From Bugula neritina (lineage: Eukaryota > Animalia > Bryozoa), in the NCBI GenBank assembly GCA_964035545.1, contig CAXIUT010000287.1:1-23239 (forward strand): a DNA stretch of 23,239 nt, read 5' to 3'. The position numbers were made by a program, and so were the translations under genes. This document shows positions 11,161 through 22,671 of this stretch, piece after piece. The notes beneath the pieces were generated by a model that was not told where the DNA came from, ran no database searches, and saw nothing but the letters and a program-made list of their open reading frames with translations. Position 1 is the first letter of the stretch, and every line of letters starts with the position of its first letter.

Positions 11161-11801
11161 ATGTCCAAAATCACATAATCTCCTCAAATGGTTCTTAAAG
11201 TAGTCTTTGTAGGTGATAGTGGGGTAGGAAAAACTTCATTACTACGTCGTTAAGCTTAACAAACTTTCACTAAAGAACATCTTGCTACTATTGGAGTTGA
11301 TTTCAGAATAAAAACTTATCAAGTTGGCAAAATCCTAGCTAAAGCTCAGTTGTGGGATACTGCTGGTCAATAAAGATTTAGATCTATTCAAAAACCATAT
11401 TATAGAGGTATTAACTCTTTTATTAAGGTTCTCATGCTATTATGATTTGTTTTAGTCTTTCTGATCGTGACTCATTTGTTAATTTACCAAGATGGCTCGA
11501 TTAGATCAAAGGTTTCGATGTTGCTGGACAAATTTATCTCGTAGGAACTAAAAGTGATCTTGATATTGTTGTCCCAACTGATGAAATCTTGAGTTTTGCA
11601 TAAATATATGGAGCCAAGTATTTGCAGACTTCAGCTAAGGATAATATCGGCGTAGAAGAGGCATTTAGAACAATAGTCTAATAAGCAGTTCAAAGCAATT
11701 TGATAAATATGGCATTTAATAAAGAAGAAGTGGTTGATAAAAAAAATGATTTGAAGGAAGTGTCAAATAAGAAAAGCGCATGTAGCGGATGTTCTTCATG
11801 A
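11161..11801 (+). CDS. Rab-family small GTPase, 206 aa; intron 11408-11427
   Basis: GDSGVGKTS, TIGVDF, WDTAGQERFRSI, YYRG, GTKSDL, QTSAK, C-terminal CSGCSS. Confidence 0.95.
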
Positions 11802-11890
11802 TTCGTTTATGTCATTCATTAATAGGTTTATTTTTTTATATTATCGAACCATAGAGCATTATAAATAAGCGAATTAAACAACTGTAGCTA

Positions 11891-14800
11891 TCATCGGTGT
11901 CTGGATGAGGAAAATTCCTCATAAAATACGTTGTCTATTGCCTAATTCTGTTCTCTCATTCTTTGCATTCTTTTTCTTCTTAGATATGTTCTCATACAGA
12001 ATCGATAGACAAAGAAAAATCCAAATAGAATGATAACAGCAACTGCCAGATAGGTCACAAATGAAGGTGATTCTGTAACTTATGGTTCAGGTTATATGAC
12101 AGGTTATGGGTAGAAAGGATCGATGATAGGTTCTGATCTTTAGCCTTTGAGGACTGATACAGGTATTTGTTGATAAGGATAGATAAATCTATATTTTCCA
12201 TCGTTTTAGATAGTTGTACCTGTATGAGTGATCGCTCCAATGAGTAGATATTTTTAATTTTAAAAGTTTTTCAAAATATTATCAATCTAAATATCTTAAT
12301 ACTTACTTTAAATTAAAATCTGATGATATCTTGGTCGATTTAATGATTTAAAACTTGAAGTAGTAAGCTTCCTTTATGACAATTCATCTGATTGTAAAGA
12401 TCCATTTCTTATTTAGCAAAAGAGACAGTAGTAGTCATATTTTTAAGTGAGATATCTATTTTGCTATTCTAATTTTTTCTTAATTTATAAACATCTACTC
12501 TCAGGATATCATCTTTCACTTCATATCTGAGTTTACTGGGATAGTATTTATCGTAAGTGTAGCCTATAAGAGAATTTTCATTTTTATTTCTCCATAAAAT
12601 TGTAGCTGATTTTGATTATACTTGAACATATACAGGTCCATAATACATAAATTAGATTATATTGTTCATCTTTCTGATCTGTTTTATTTCACTGTTCATT
12701 CTGTCTTTATCTGAAAATGAATTGTAGGCTGTTACGATTGCTCTCCCTGTGCATTCGTTTATTTAGAGTTGGATTTTGCCCTAAGCATAAAATGTGAAGT
12801 TCATTAACCCAGATACAACGAAATTTATTGATTATGGCAGGTATAGTACGTGAGATGATTGGATTAAAGTTATGAAGACTGGACTTTTTGTTTTGAAACA
12901 GAGTTTGTATTATGATGGTAATTTTTATGGCGGATCTTGGATGGTTATCAGCATTTAGCTTTTAGCCATGATAGAACTTAATTAAACGGATTTATCTTAG
13001 ACTTAGAATTTGAATTCGAGTTGCTACATTAACTCTTGTGAATTATTACCTGTAATAGAAACAAGAAATCTCTAATCTTAGTGATCGATTGTTCCTCTGA
13101 CACATTGTTATTAATTTTGATTCATGTTGAAATAATCAGGAACTCCATATCTCATTCTAGACCCTCTTTTGGTTTTATCTTTATTGCTAATTACTCCAAA
13201 AGAGAAACTAGTATCTTATTATGCTTTGAGAATGACTACAGCATAGCGCATCAAGATCATCTTATCGGTTTGGTTGAAAGAGGTGTTGACTGCTTAGATT
13301 TGAGTTTTTTAATTAGCTTTATATATTTTACTGAAAGTGAAGGGTTATTTTTATCCTTATTGGGGAAGAATGCTCACATTAAAGGAACCATAGTGGACAT
13401 TGACCTAAAATTGAATAGTGCCACTTGAAAAGATTCTTACTCTTTCGTATTATCCTTTTTTGAGTTATTATTTTAGTGTTGAATCCATAACAATTGGAAA
13501 TTATGAATTTGAATTGGGAATGATGACTGAGGTAGTCGTTTTTCTTGACGCTTTTATTGAGATCAAGTAGTAGCATCCAAAACAGAAGTATTTGCTATCT
13601 GAATCGATTCTTAGATAATCGGCATTTGTCCATTGATATCTTATTTTTTTGCTTTTATCGTTGGTGTAATCTTCGAGGGTTTGATATGTTTTGACATTGA
13701 TGATGATTTATCCTTCTTGATGAAGAGTCAGTATTCTAAATGACTAGTTGAATTTATTCTGATACATCATGTATACCTACTCTGATTTATTCAATACGAT
13801 ATCCATGTATAGTCCTCTTTCCAATACTCTATAAATTCTGTTAGCTAAAGAGTAACTAAGAGTATAATGACAAGTTTCAATAGCCTATACTGTAATACTG
13901 TATGATCCTTACGTGGTAGTTTATATCAAGATGGCATTGCTATGTGAAATATAGTCGTATTGTGATTATGAGGCGGGTTGTTACCCTTTATTTGCATATA
14001 TTTTGGCACACATTTTGTTTTGGGAGTTGATGGAGATGAGGATAGATTGGTTTGCGTTTGTTGTTAGTTAATAAAATTATACTGAATGTTTGGTTAGATA
14101 TGAAGTGAGAGGTTTGTTTTCTTTAAGAACTCGTCCTTCTTGTGTAACTTCGATAGCAAATCTCCCTCGACTCTCATGATCTTCTTCTTTGAAGACACTT
14201 ATCAATAAAACACAGTATTTGCATTTCGCCTAGGTAATTTGTTACTGTTTGAGTAGTACTATGTGATAGTGATAGTAGAATGGATTTTTTGATTAGATGT
14301 CGAAGTTGGCATTGGTGGGATAGGTTATATTGCCATTCCAGTAATCTTTCTCTTAAACTATTAATCCATAAAATTTATATATTCCTTGGCGACTTTAGAA
14401 GATAATTGTTGTATTGATTTTGTTGTAGAGTTGATATTCGAAGTATCTCACTGATTGTGAAGTTGTTGAATACTAGTTAGCAACGCCATCGAGAAGAAGA
14501 ACCGTGCCTGAGAGAGATTGTAAAGCAATCCATATTTATCCTTAAACTTATGACTAAATAAACAATTTTAGCTGACATGGAGTATCTTTACATGTTTTTT
14601 ATAATTACTATTTGCTGAATAAATGTCCAGATCCAAATATTTATATTCTTTAGACTCCTATCACAGCCAATACATCAACTTTGTCTCCTTTGTGGTTGAG
14701 AACATCAATTGTCAACTATAGCTATTCGATTTTAGAGAAGAAAAAACTATAGCAATTTCCTGTTTTCTATCTAATTTTGTATTTTGATACTCTGCCCATA

Positions 14801-17070
14801 ACAGCTGGTAGACATTTTGCTTTGCTATACTAATCTTCAGTCTAATTATCTTTTTTGAAAGTTTTATTTTATGATGTAAATTTGATGTTAAATTTATTAG
14901 TTTTATTATGGTTATTTGTTACTCCTATATTGCCGATTTTACCTCTTTACATGATGATTGCTTGAAAGAGAGATTTAGTTAGTTGCTATCTTACTTAGCA
15001 ATTTGGTGGAAATGGTGCTTTATCTAGTGTTTCAGTTAGACATAGGTCTAGTGGAAGAGTTGAACTCATTGATAGATAGAAATGATCTTATTTAGTGTGG
15101 ATTTGGTATACTACTTTTTACTATGGTTGTATTATGAATTAATATGGTATATTTTAGAAGATTACTATTTAATTAAAACCTTTATGATTTTTATCTTTAT
15201 TTTTCCACCACTATTTCTCCTCGTTTTTTATCAATTGAACTTGTAATGAGTAATATGAAGTCTACTTCCCTGTAGTTCTCAGATAAATGGTTTGATTTTA
15301 CTTGACATTGATGAAGTTGACTGTTTTATGATAATCTAATATTTCTTGACCTTCAAGATCATTATTTCTGGGATCAGAATAGTATCCTTGTATTTTGACT
15401 TTTCCTGATATTTCCATTAGATGTATTTTTATTTGATTTATGTCTTTGTGGCGATTGGTAAATAGATAGTATTTTTGTTCATCGATTGATATTCTATCTT
15501 TGTGTATTTATTTCTATTTTAGGTAGACATTGTGTCCGATGTTTTTGTATTGAATGGTAAATAGCTATGTGAAGTTCGATGGATTTGAAATAAGGATGGT
15601 CATCATCAAGATTTTGACTTATTCTTTTGTTGTAAATAGTTTTGATGAAAGACTGAACTTATGTACCTCGAAGCCATTGTATACTTCTTTAAGACCTGCT
15701 TGAATTTCACTCAAATGATCAAGTTTATTATTATTACTGATATCACTTTGTTTCATTTAGCATTCAATACCAGTTTATTTACTACATTTATAAAATTTAG
15801 AAACAAGTTATTTTCCTTATTACTTAGTAATTCTTATTTATATCTAAACCTGACTAAAATCTTTATTATCTAATTAGACGAGTTCGATGTAATACTGGCG
15901 GTTACCTTTGCTTGGCAATTCTACGTATTTATTCATTTATGGTATTAGATGAGAAATGCTCTGATCGAGATCGGAATACATCATAAGAAAGGTTGATTAT
16001 TTTATTCCTTTTATTTATACTATTAAGTTATCTTATAAGTTGTACTTTGCTTTGTTGTTTTGGAAGAATATTGGAAGGATTTCGTATTACATTTCGCTAT
16101 ATGATCTTTGGAGCATAGGAAATTCTTATTAGATTTTTTTTTTGTCTACATCATAGAAAGCTGGGATGATTACTGATCCACTAAAAGTTTAAAGACGGAT
16201 TGATACGCCTTTAGTTGGATTTAGTTTTAATCTGTAAAATTTACTTGTTCCCTATCCGATATAATCAAAATGTGGAATCAGTTCAACCACATGATAATGC
16301 TATTTAAAGAAAATTGTTTCAGTGTTGAGAACTAGCACGTTTTTCTAAGGACCTTAAACAAGAATTGTGAAAATTCCTTTTCCTTCAGGATAATCTATAA
16401 AAACTCCTTATCCACTGCTCCAAAGAGTTATTGACTTGAAGTCATGACTTTTTCTTGTAGGCAAAGAAGTTCCTTTGTTGACATATAGGTTGATAGGAGC
16501 TAGAAACTTAAGAAATCCTGAGGGTCTTAGAATAATTCTGAGTTGATCGAACTCTTTGATTTTCGTTGTATCTAACTGAAAGACTTTAGAATAAGCTGTA
16601 TCTTAGAAATCTAGTTTAACATTCTATCCCACTTTGAGTTTGTAAGGTTCTGAGATCTCTCCTGATATTTTGAATTTACATTAACTGTTGCATTTGACTT
16701 TTACATGAAGATCTTATTTGGTATAATCGAATTGTTTATTGGTAAGGAAGCAAGAGTCAACACCTCCTTTGTTTGTTGAGCATATCTTTTAATTATGTGA
16801 TTATTCTGAACCTTTATTTCCCACACTTAGTTGGATAAAGGTCCCAACCCAAGAATTAGACTAATCAGGTTAAACCTATACAAAGAAAAACCATCGATTT
16901 TCTCTCATTTTTTTAACATTCTCTTCTGAAATTGAAAAGGTATATCTGCCTGTAAAGTGCTATTTATCCAAACGCTGTTCATAGGGCTTATCTAGTTAAA
17001 ATGCCTAATGTGGTTCTGCTAGCACATAAGTTGCGAGGACAAGGATGAGCAGTAGTGCTGTATTATTCAT
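11891..17070 (-). CDS. Large type I transmembrane surface protein, ~1719 aa; intron 12479-12498
   Basis: 4.57-kb first exon without an in-frame TGA; signal peptide MNNTALLLILVLATYVLA, beta-rich ectodomain with paired Cys, Pro/Glu stalk, TM YLAVAVIILFGFFFVY, basic stop-transfer RRKR and short tail. Confidence 0.88.
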
Positions 17071-17190
17071 TTTTTGATATAACATGATATTTAAATCAAG
17101 AAATTTATATTTGATATGTTATAATATGGAAGATGAGAATGTTACATGTTTTAAAAAAGTTTAAGTCATAATTATATGATTATTTTTTGA

Positions 17191-17263
17191 GGGGTTGGGG
17201 TTGGGGGTTGGGGTTGGGGTTGGGGTTGGGGGTTGGGGTTGGGGTTGGGGTTGGGGTTGGGGG
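17191..17263 (+). repeat. Internal telomeric tract ~(GGGGTT)12 with three G5 variants
   Basis: Tandem GGGGTT, same polarity as the right telomere. Confidence 0.95.
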
Positions 17264-17775
17264 ATAACCTTAAATAAAATTAGTGTTAAAGCTAATCATC
17301 ATATATTAACTAAATAATCAAGCTGTGATCTTCAAAAATGATTTTTAAAAGGTCTATGATGGCCAAATTATATTATATTTTGACGAAATGACAAAACCCT
17401 ATCCGCAGATCTTAGTTCGCTTCTTTCTCTTTTTAAGAAATCATCTGACAATCTAAGAGAGCTATGCGAGTAGGATTTGGCTTTTGTTGATTTTTAATCA
17501 AAGTAGACATGATTGGAGGTCTTCATATGTAAGAGCTTATGTGAGATTTATAATCAATTTTTAAAATCAAACAAATATCATACTAGATGAATTCCTTAGC
17601 AAATCACAATGATACTGAACTTGCTTAGCAGTCATACATCTTGTCCCGAAGAGAAGTCAATATCCAGAAGGTTAATTCTGTTGAAGAAATGAAAAGGATC
17701 TTTGCTTCTCGAACTTTAAAGAAAGCAACTTTAAAAGGATAGAACTTGTATGTGAGTCAGGCTGTTTAGAAGTGA
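17264..17775 (+). pseudogene. 3' fragment of an unknown gene with frame disruptions
   Basis: Coding-like pieces in several frames ending ...QKVNSVEEMKRIFASRTLKKATLKGENLYVSQAVEK-TGA (17773); begins abruptly at the telomere tract. Confidence 0.4.
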
Positions 17776-17982
17776 TATGTTTACATTATTTTTCATATTA
17801 TTTGATGGATAAGTTAAAAACAGTATTTTTATCTTATTTCTCACTGAGTCTGAAAACAAAAAGTTCAAAAAAGAACATAATAAAATTTAAATGAATGAAT
17901 AAGTTTTGATTTGTGAATAAAACATCAATTTTTCAATAAAAATTACAATATAATTAGTAATAATAGTTTACTTGATAAATAA

Positions 17983-19273
17983 ATGAATCAGGTCGAATAG
18001 ACAGTTAATAATGTTGTGAAACATCTTGATTAATAGGTATGGAACTCAATAGCTGTTAAAAATGTTATTAAAATGGCTCCTAAAAAACTTAATAAGTAAA
18101 CTGATAGAATGTTTAATGAGTTTATGCATTTGGTATCCAATAGTAAGATAGAAGCAGGAAAAGTAAACGATATTAAAGATATTGATCATACTGTCGTTTA
18201 AAACTATATTATCGGAACATCAAAAATGGTTGAAAAATCAGCTCGATCTAGGAGCAAGGCAACTTCATAATCATTTAGAGTGTCAGTTTTTGAAAGAACT
18301 CGATCTAAAAAAAATGAAAGCTTCAGAACTGAATCTCACACTCAACCTAAAAAGTCAAGACCAATACCAAAACAAAAGATAATCAAACAAAAAAGTAACT
18401 TCTTCCAGTTGCCACAAAAATAGCAAAATAATGTTTAATAGTAGAAGCAAGATGACATTTTTCGCACATCTCTTCTCACAGATGAAGAATATGCAAGTAA
18501 TATTTAGTAAAGAAGTCGATAGTTGAGAGCTGAGAGGGAGTATCGATCAGCAGTATAGAAAAAGAGATTTAGAGAAATGAAAATATTTACTTATGATTTT
18601 TAAGGAAAATTAGTGGCGACAGATCAGAAGCCTATTAATAACCAAAAAGTTATCAACCTTGAGTATTTTTATTAATATATTTAGGCAATAGTGCAAATAA
18701 TAGTTAAGAACAAATAATTTGCCTGAAGGTTTAGACCCTTCATCGAAAATAGATTAAATTTTAGATAAAAAAGTTATACAACTTGAGAAAACATCTATGT
18801 TAGATATGTTTAAAGAAAAAAGATCAAAGGAAATATAGATGTAAGTTGAGAGAAAGAAATAGATTTTTAATAAAAGTTTGGCTAAAAATAGTTTTAAGAA
18901 TATGTTCTAAAGAGATACAAGGTTATCAGTAGGAGTAAGTGTAACTAATATGATTGATAAGTAAGTATTAAATGGATAAGAAAGAAATAAAAACGATTCT
19001 AAACTTCTTAAACTTCATTAATTTAGATAGCTTTCTCGACTTTCTGAGCAGTTGCCCAATAAAAGTAAAATAAAAGTCAGAAAAAATGCAACTGTTTTAA
19101 AAACTGAAGGGAATTAACCTCTTCCTTAGAAGTCTTAAATATCACGAGTGAAGACTGAAGGAGGTTAGAAATATAAGAAGATGGTATCAAGTCGAAAGTT
19201 ACATTCTAGTCGAGGAATTATCTATATAAACCATAAAAAACTATATAGTTAGAATTTCATTCCAATTTCATGA
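17983..19273 (+). CDS. Hypothetical basic protein, 422 aa; intron 18663-18684 (22 nt)
   Basis: Two long open frames joined by a GT-AG intron; motif-like segments FTYDFEGKLV and LSVGVSV. Confidence 0.72.
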
Positions 19274-19388
19274 TTATATATCATCATTTGTTCATATTTC
19301 TTTATTTTTACAAATAAAAATATTTTATCATGATAATTATTGATATTATTTATTGAAGAGAAATACAATTAAATAATGATATGTGATA

Positions 19389-20559
19389 TCAATCTCTTTT
19401 GACTTATCTTGGACTTTTACTTCCCTCTGAACTTTATTTATTTTCTTTTTATTTGACTTGTTCTTATTTCATCACTAGTTAAGTATCATGATCTACAAAT
19501 TTCCAAAATTATCCTCTAAAGAATGCTCGAACTAAGACAGGGATTGTGCACATGGGAACTAGGAAGAGTAGGGCAGGTTGAGGGTGTTAGAAAAGGAACA
19601 TGGCTAAGAAAGTTTCTACAATACCATAAAAATAACCAACAAAAGCCATATTAAAATAGTGAAGTTAAATCTGATCTCCATTATTGATAGATTTCTTTTT
19701 ATTAAAGGCTGAATCAATGTCAAACTTAAGACAGAATGAGATGAAAAGACCAGGTAAAACAATATCTCCCAATCCAACCATACTTTTAACAACATCTCCT
19801 TCTGCATTTAAGTAGGGAAAAACTAGTTTAATAGGAAGATCCAGATTTTTAGCAACTGTAACCATGACATCAGTGCCATAAACCCAGAAGATATCATAAA
19901 AGAATAGTGCCCCATAGGAGTAACAAGCCAGTTTTAGTAGTACTGAGGTTAAGACTCTTGAGAGCAACGATTGAGAAAAGAACTCCAAAAACATTATTTA
20001 AAGCCCAATGCTTTGTCATAAAATAGAATCCTACAGGTCCACACACAATAAGTATTGAAATGATTCTAGCTATTGAGAGTTCAAATTTCTTAGTTTCGAG
20101 CATATCTTGAAGGATTTTAGGGATATCAACTGAAAAGATGACTTTTTTGATATTTTCAGGGTAAGGGAATACTTCTGTTAACAAGGCTGATATCGACATA
20201 ACGATAGTAAATGAGAAGTAAACGTTAATGATTCCCATGAATATTTCTTTTGAGAGTACTTTATAAAGTAGATAGATTCCAAATAAGAAGGCTGAAGCTA
20301 CAAAAGGAAATTGTTTGGCTTCAGACATACCGATAACTGCTTCATTTTCTTACAGAGATTTACTGTAGTTGACTAATTTGTTATCTTTACCTTTGGCCAA
20401 TCTGGTGGATAGAATGCATCCCATGTAGACGACGGTGCAGGTGTTGAGCAAAAGTTGTGGGAAGACTGGTACTATGTGCTGTGAAGCTGCTAGGTTGGTC
20501 AGGAGGAGGATGGCTGCGGGTAAGAATAGACTTCTTATAGGTTATCTGGTTGTAGACAT
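19389..20559 (-). CDS. HM13: Signal peptide peptidase (GxGD aspartyl intramembrane protease, family A22B), ~389 aa; one-base frameshift near 19910
   Basis: HWALNN, LFFYDIFWVYGTDVMVTVAKNLDLPIKL, VGLGDIVLPG, QPALLFLVP; C-terminus VKRD; an extra G in TGGGGCA splits the frame. Confidence 0.92.
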
Positions 20560-20627
20560 GCTATATTATTACGTGCAGAAATAGTAGATAACAACATTTT
20601 AAAAGATATTGATTGTGATGTTTATAA

Positions 20628-21968
20628 ATGATGTTAAAATTGATAAAAAATGGAAGTTGGTGGAAAGGTGTGAGATACTATTTTGGAGGATTACCTGCTG
20701 TCAACTTACGAGCCCATGGTAGAAACACTGAAATTGTGTCTCTTACTTTTGAAGGTATTGATTGATTAAGAAAGAAACTGAGCAATTGATGAAGATAGAA
20801 CATTATAAGAAGTCGATTGAGTTTCTTTAGAAGAATCATTTATCTTAATCTTTGACTTATCTGCAGTTTTCTTTACTTTAGGCGAAAAATCAATACCCTT
20901 ATGCTGTTAATTTACAAAGTTGTTTGATGAATAGAATATCTATTCTTCAGAAATTGCTTAATGAAGAGAAAGATTTCGAGTCTACTCTGTAATAAATATA
21001 TTTAATGACTCTTAGTGCTAAAGGAGGTAAAAATCTTAGTACTACTAAAAGTCTTATTAATTATCTTATTTGTCTAACTATATATAATCCATAAAAATGC
21101 GAAAAGGTGATTGATTATTTAGAAAATGATGGTAAAATGACTGATAATTTATCATTTTTTGAGGCAATAAATGATATTAGAAATAAAAAGTAATATTTTC
21201 AAGGAATATAAAAGTTGAAGAAGCTACCTGAAGAAACTATTGACTAAAAAAGTAGATATTTATTTATACAGTTTTCAAGTTTAATAATTTGGGATATATC
21301 ACTATTTATACTCTTAAATAAGCTAATATGAATCCAATGGATTATATAAATCAATTGAAGAAACAATCTTAGTAAATGCTTGCTTATTTCATTGATGCAC
21401 TCATCACAGCGGAAAGTAAATTAAAAGATATTTAGATAACATAGAAGTTACATCTCATTACACTGAATAATAGATTAAATAGAGTTAAATATTGATAGCT
21501 TAACTTGAAAAATATCTCTCAAATAAAAATAACTCTCTGCCTACAAAACCAACTATATCGAAAAATACACTCAAGCATTCAAATAGTCATATTATAGCTA
21601 TGAATATTGCCACTCTTTTATTTTAACTTCAAAGAATCAAGGAAAGCTTTGTATTTTTGAAGATGAGTTTGGATCGAGCTGTTAGTCAAGGATAACTATA
21701 ACGAGTTGGAATGGCAATGCTTCTTTTGGGGAGGTATTACTTTCTTCAGTAAAATTAGAAATGGTAAGAAACTTTTCTTTCCGTTCTTTAATATTCAAAA
21801 AACTATCCAAAATATGTAATAAAATAAGCATTGGCAACTTATAGTCAATTGTTGATGCAAAAAGGACGAACATATGAGGCTTAAAACTATTTAGTTCAAT
21901 CTTTATCGATATAAAGTAATGGACTGCTTGAGGGTTTGATACTACCTAGCTATGATTTTTCATATTGA
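20628..21968 (+). CDS. TPR-like helical-repeat protein, probably mitochondrial, 426 aa; introns 20755-20774, 21252-21271, 21416-21435
   Basis: Basic presequence-like MMLKLIKNGSWWKGVRYYFG; FNNLG, MNIATLLF and ALATYSQLLMQKGRTYEAENYL helices; three exact 20-nt introns give one continuous frame. Confidence 0.78.
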
Positions 21969-21993
21969 AGTGATAAAACTTATTAAATCATCG

Positions 21994-22401
21994 TCAGTAG
22001 GTCAGAAAAGATTCAATTTCGGTCAAATTTATTTATGTGAATTCATTTTCTTTGAAAGAACTATTATTTTCTGATGAAAGAGGAGAATTCTATTCGTTAC
22101 TTGAAAATAAATCGAAAGGTTCTTCTTATTCCATCTCTATTTTCATCTTTAAATCGTAGTTTTAAGAGAGATTTCTGGTGTTTCTGAAATCAACTTCACA
22201 CAGCATACTCTCAGATCGAATCATTTCATTGAAATTCGAGTCTTTGTCCTTGTCTTCCAGTTATTCCAGCATAGTTTCTTGCCTGCGGATGGCTCGATGC
22301 ATTGACTATAGAGATTGAGAGTCATTGAAATAGACAGGCATGGTCATGGCTCTGGAGATAGAACGTCTTGGTTGGACCGAGGAACAAGTGAATGTTTGCA
22401 T
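21994..22401 (-). CDS. Hypothetical acidic protein, 135 aa
   Basis: MQTFTCSSVQPRRSISRAMTMP...EIESFLTY-TGA, open frame. Confidence 0.65.
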
Positions 22402-22671
22402 TGATATGTTTAATCAGACTAAAATTGCAAAAACAGTTTGCTGTTAATAGTCCTTACTGTTATCACGCGGATTTATAATATTTGAAAAAAATGCCCACGA
22501 TAATCTAATTTTAATTTGATCTTTTATCAATAATATTTCTCAATAATTCATCAGTATTTTGAACCTATTTAAATTTAGTATTATTTTTATAAAATCTCAA
22601 TAGTTTTTGTTTTAGTTGTTTTTTCACTACTAACTTAAATTTGCTAATTTACTATATACTTTATACAACTA

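Noticed and set aside
10937-11161. 74-codon ORF whose TGA overlaps the Rab ATG (TGATG)
   Set aside because: Composition looks non-coding, and ORFs this long arise readily by chance with only one stop codon
13081-15873. Plus-strand track ORFs 13081-13428 and 15661-15873, and minus ORF 13379-13576
   Set aside because: Antisense or off-frame shadows of the large minus-strand gene
20650-20770. Apparent in-frame TGA (possible Trp or Sec) after ATG 20650
   Set aside because: The frame from ATG 20628 with a standard 20-nt intron explains the gene with no internal stop
21245-21500. Apparent frameshifts in the TPR-like gene
   Set aside because: Fully resolved by exact 20-nt introns at 21252-21271 and 21416-21435
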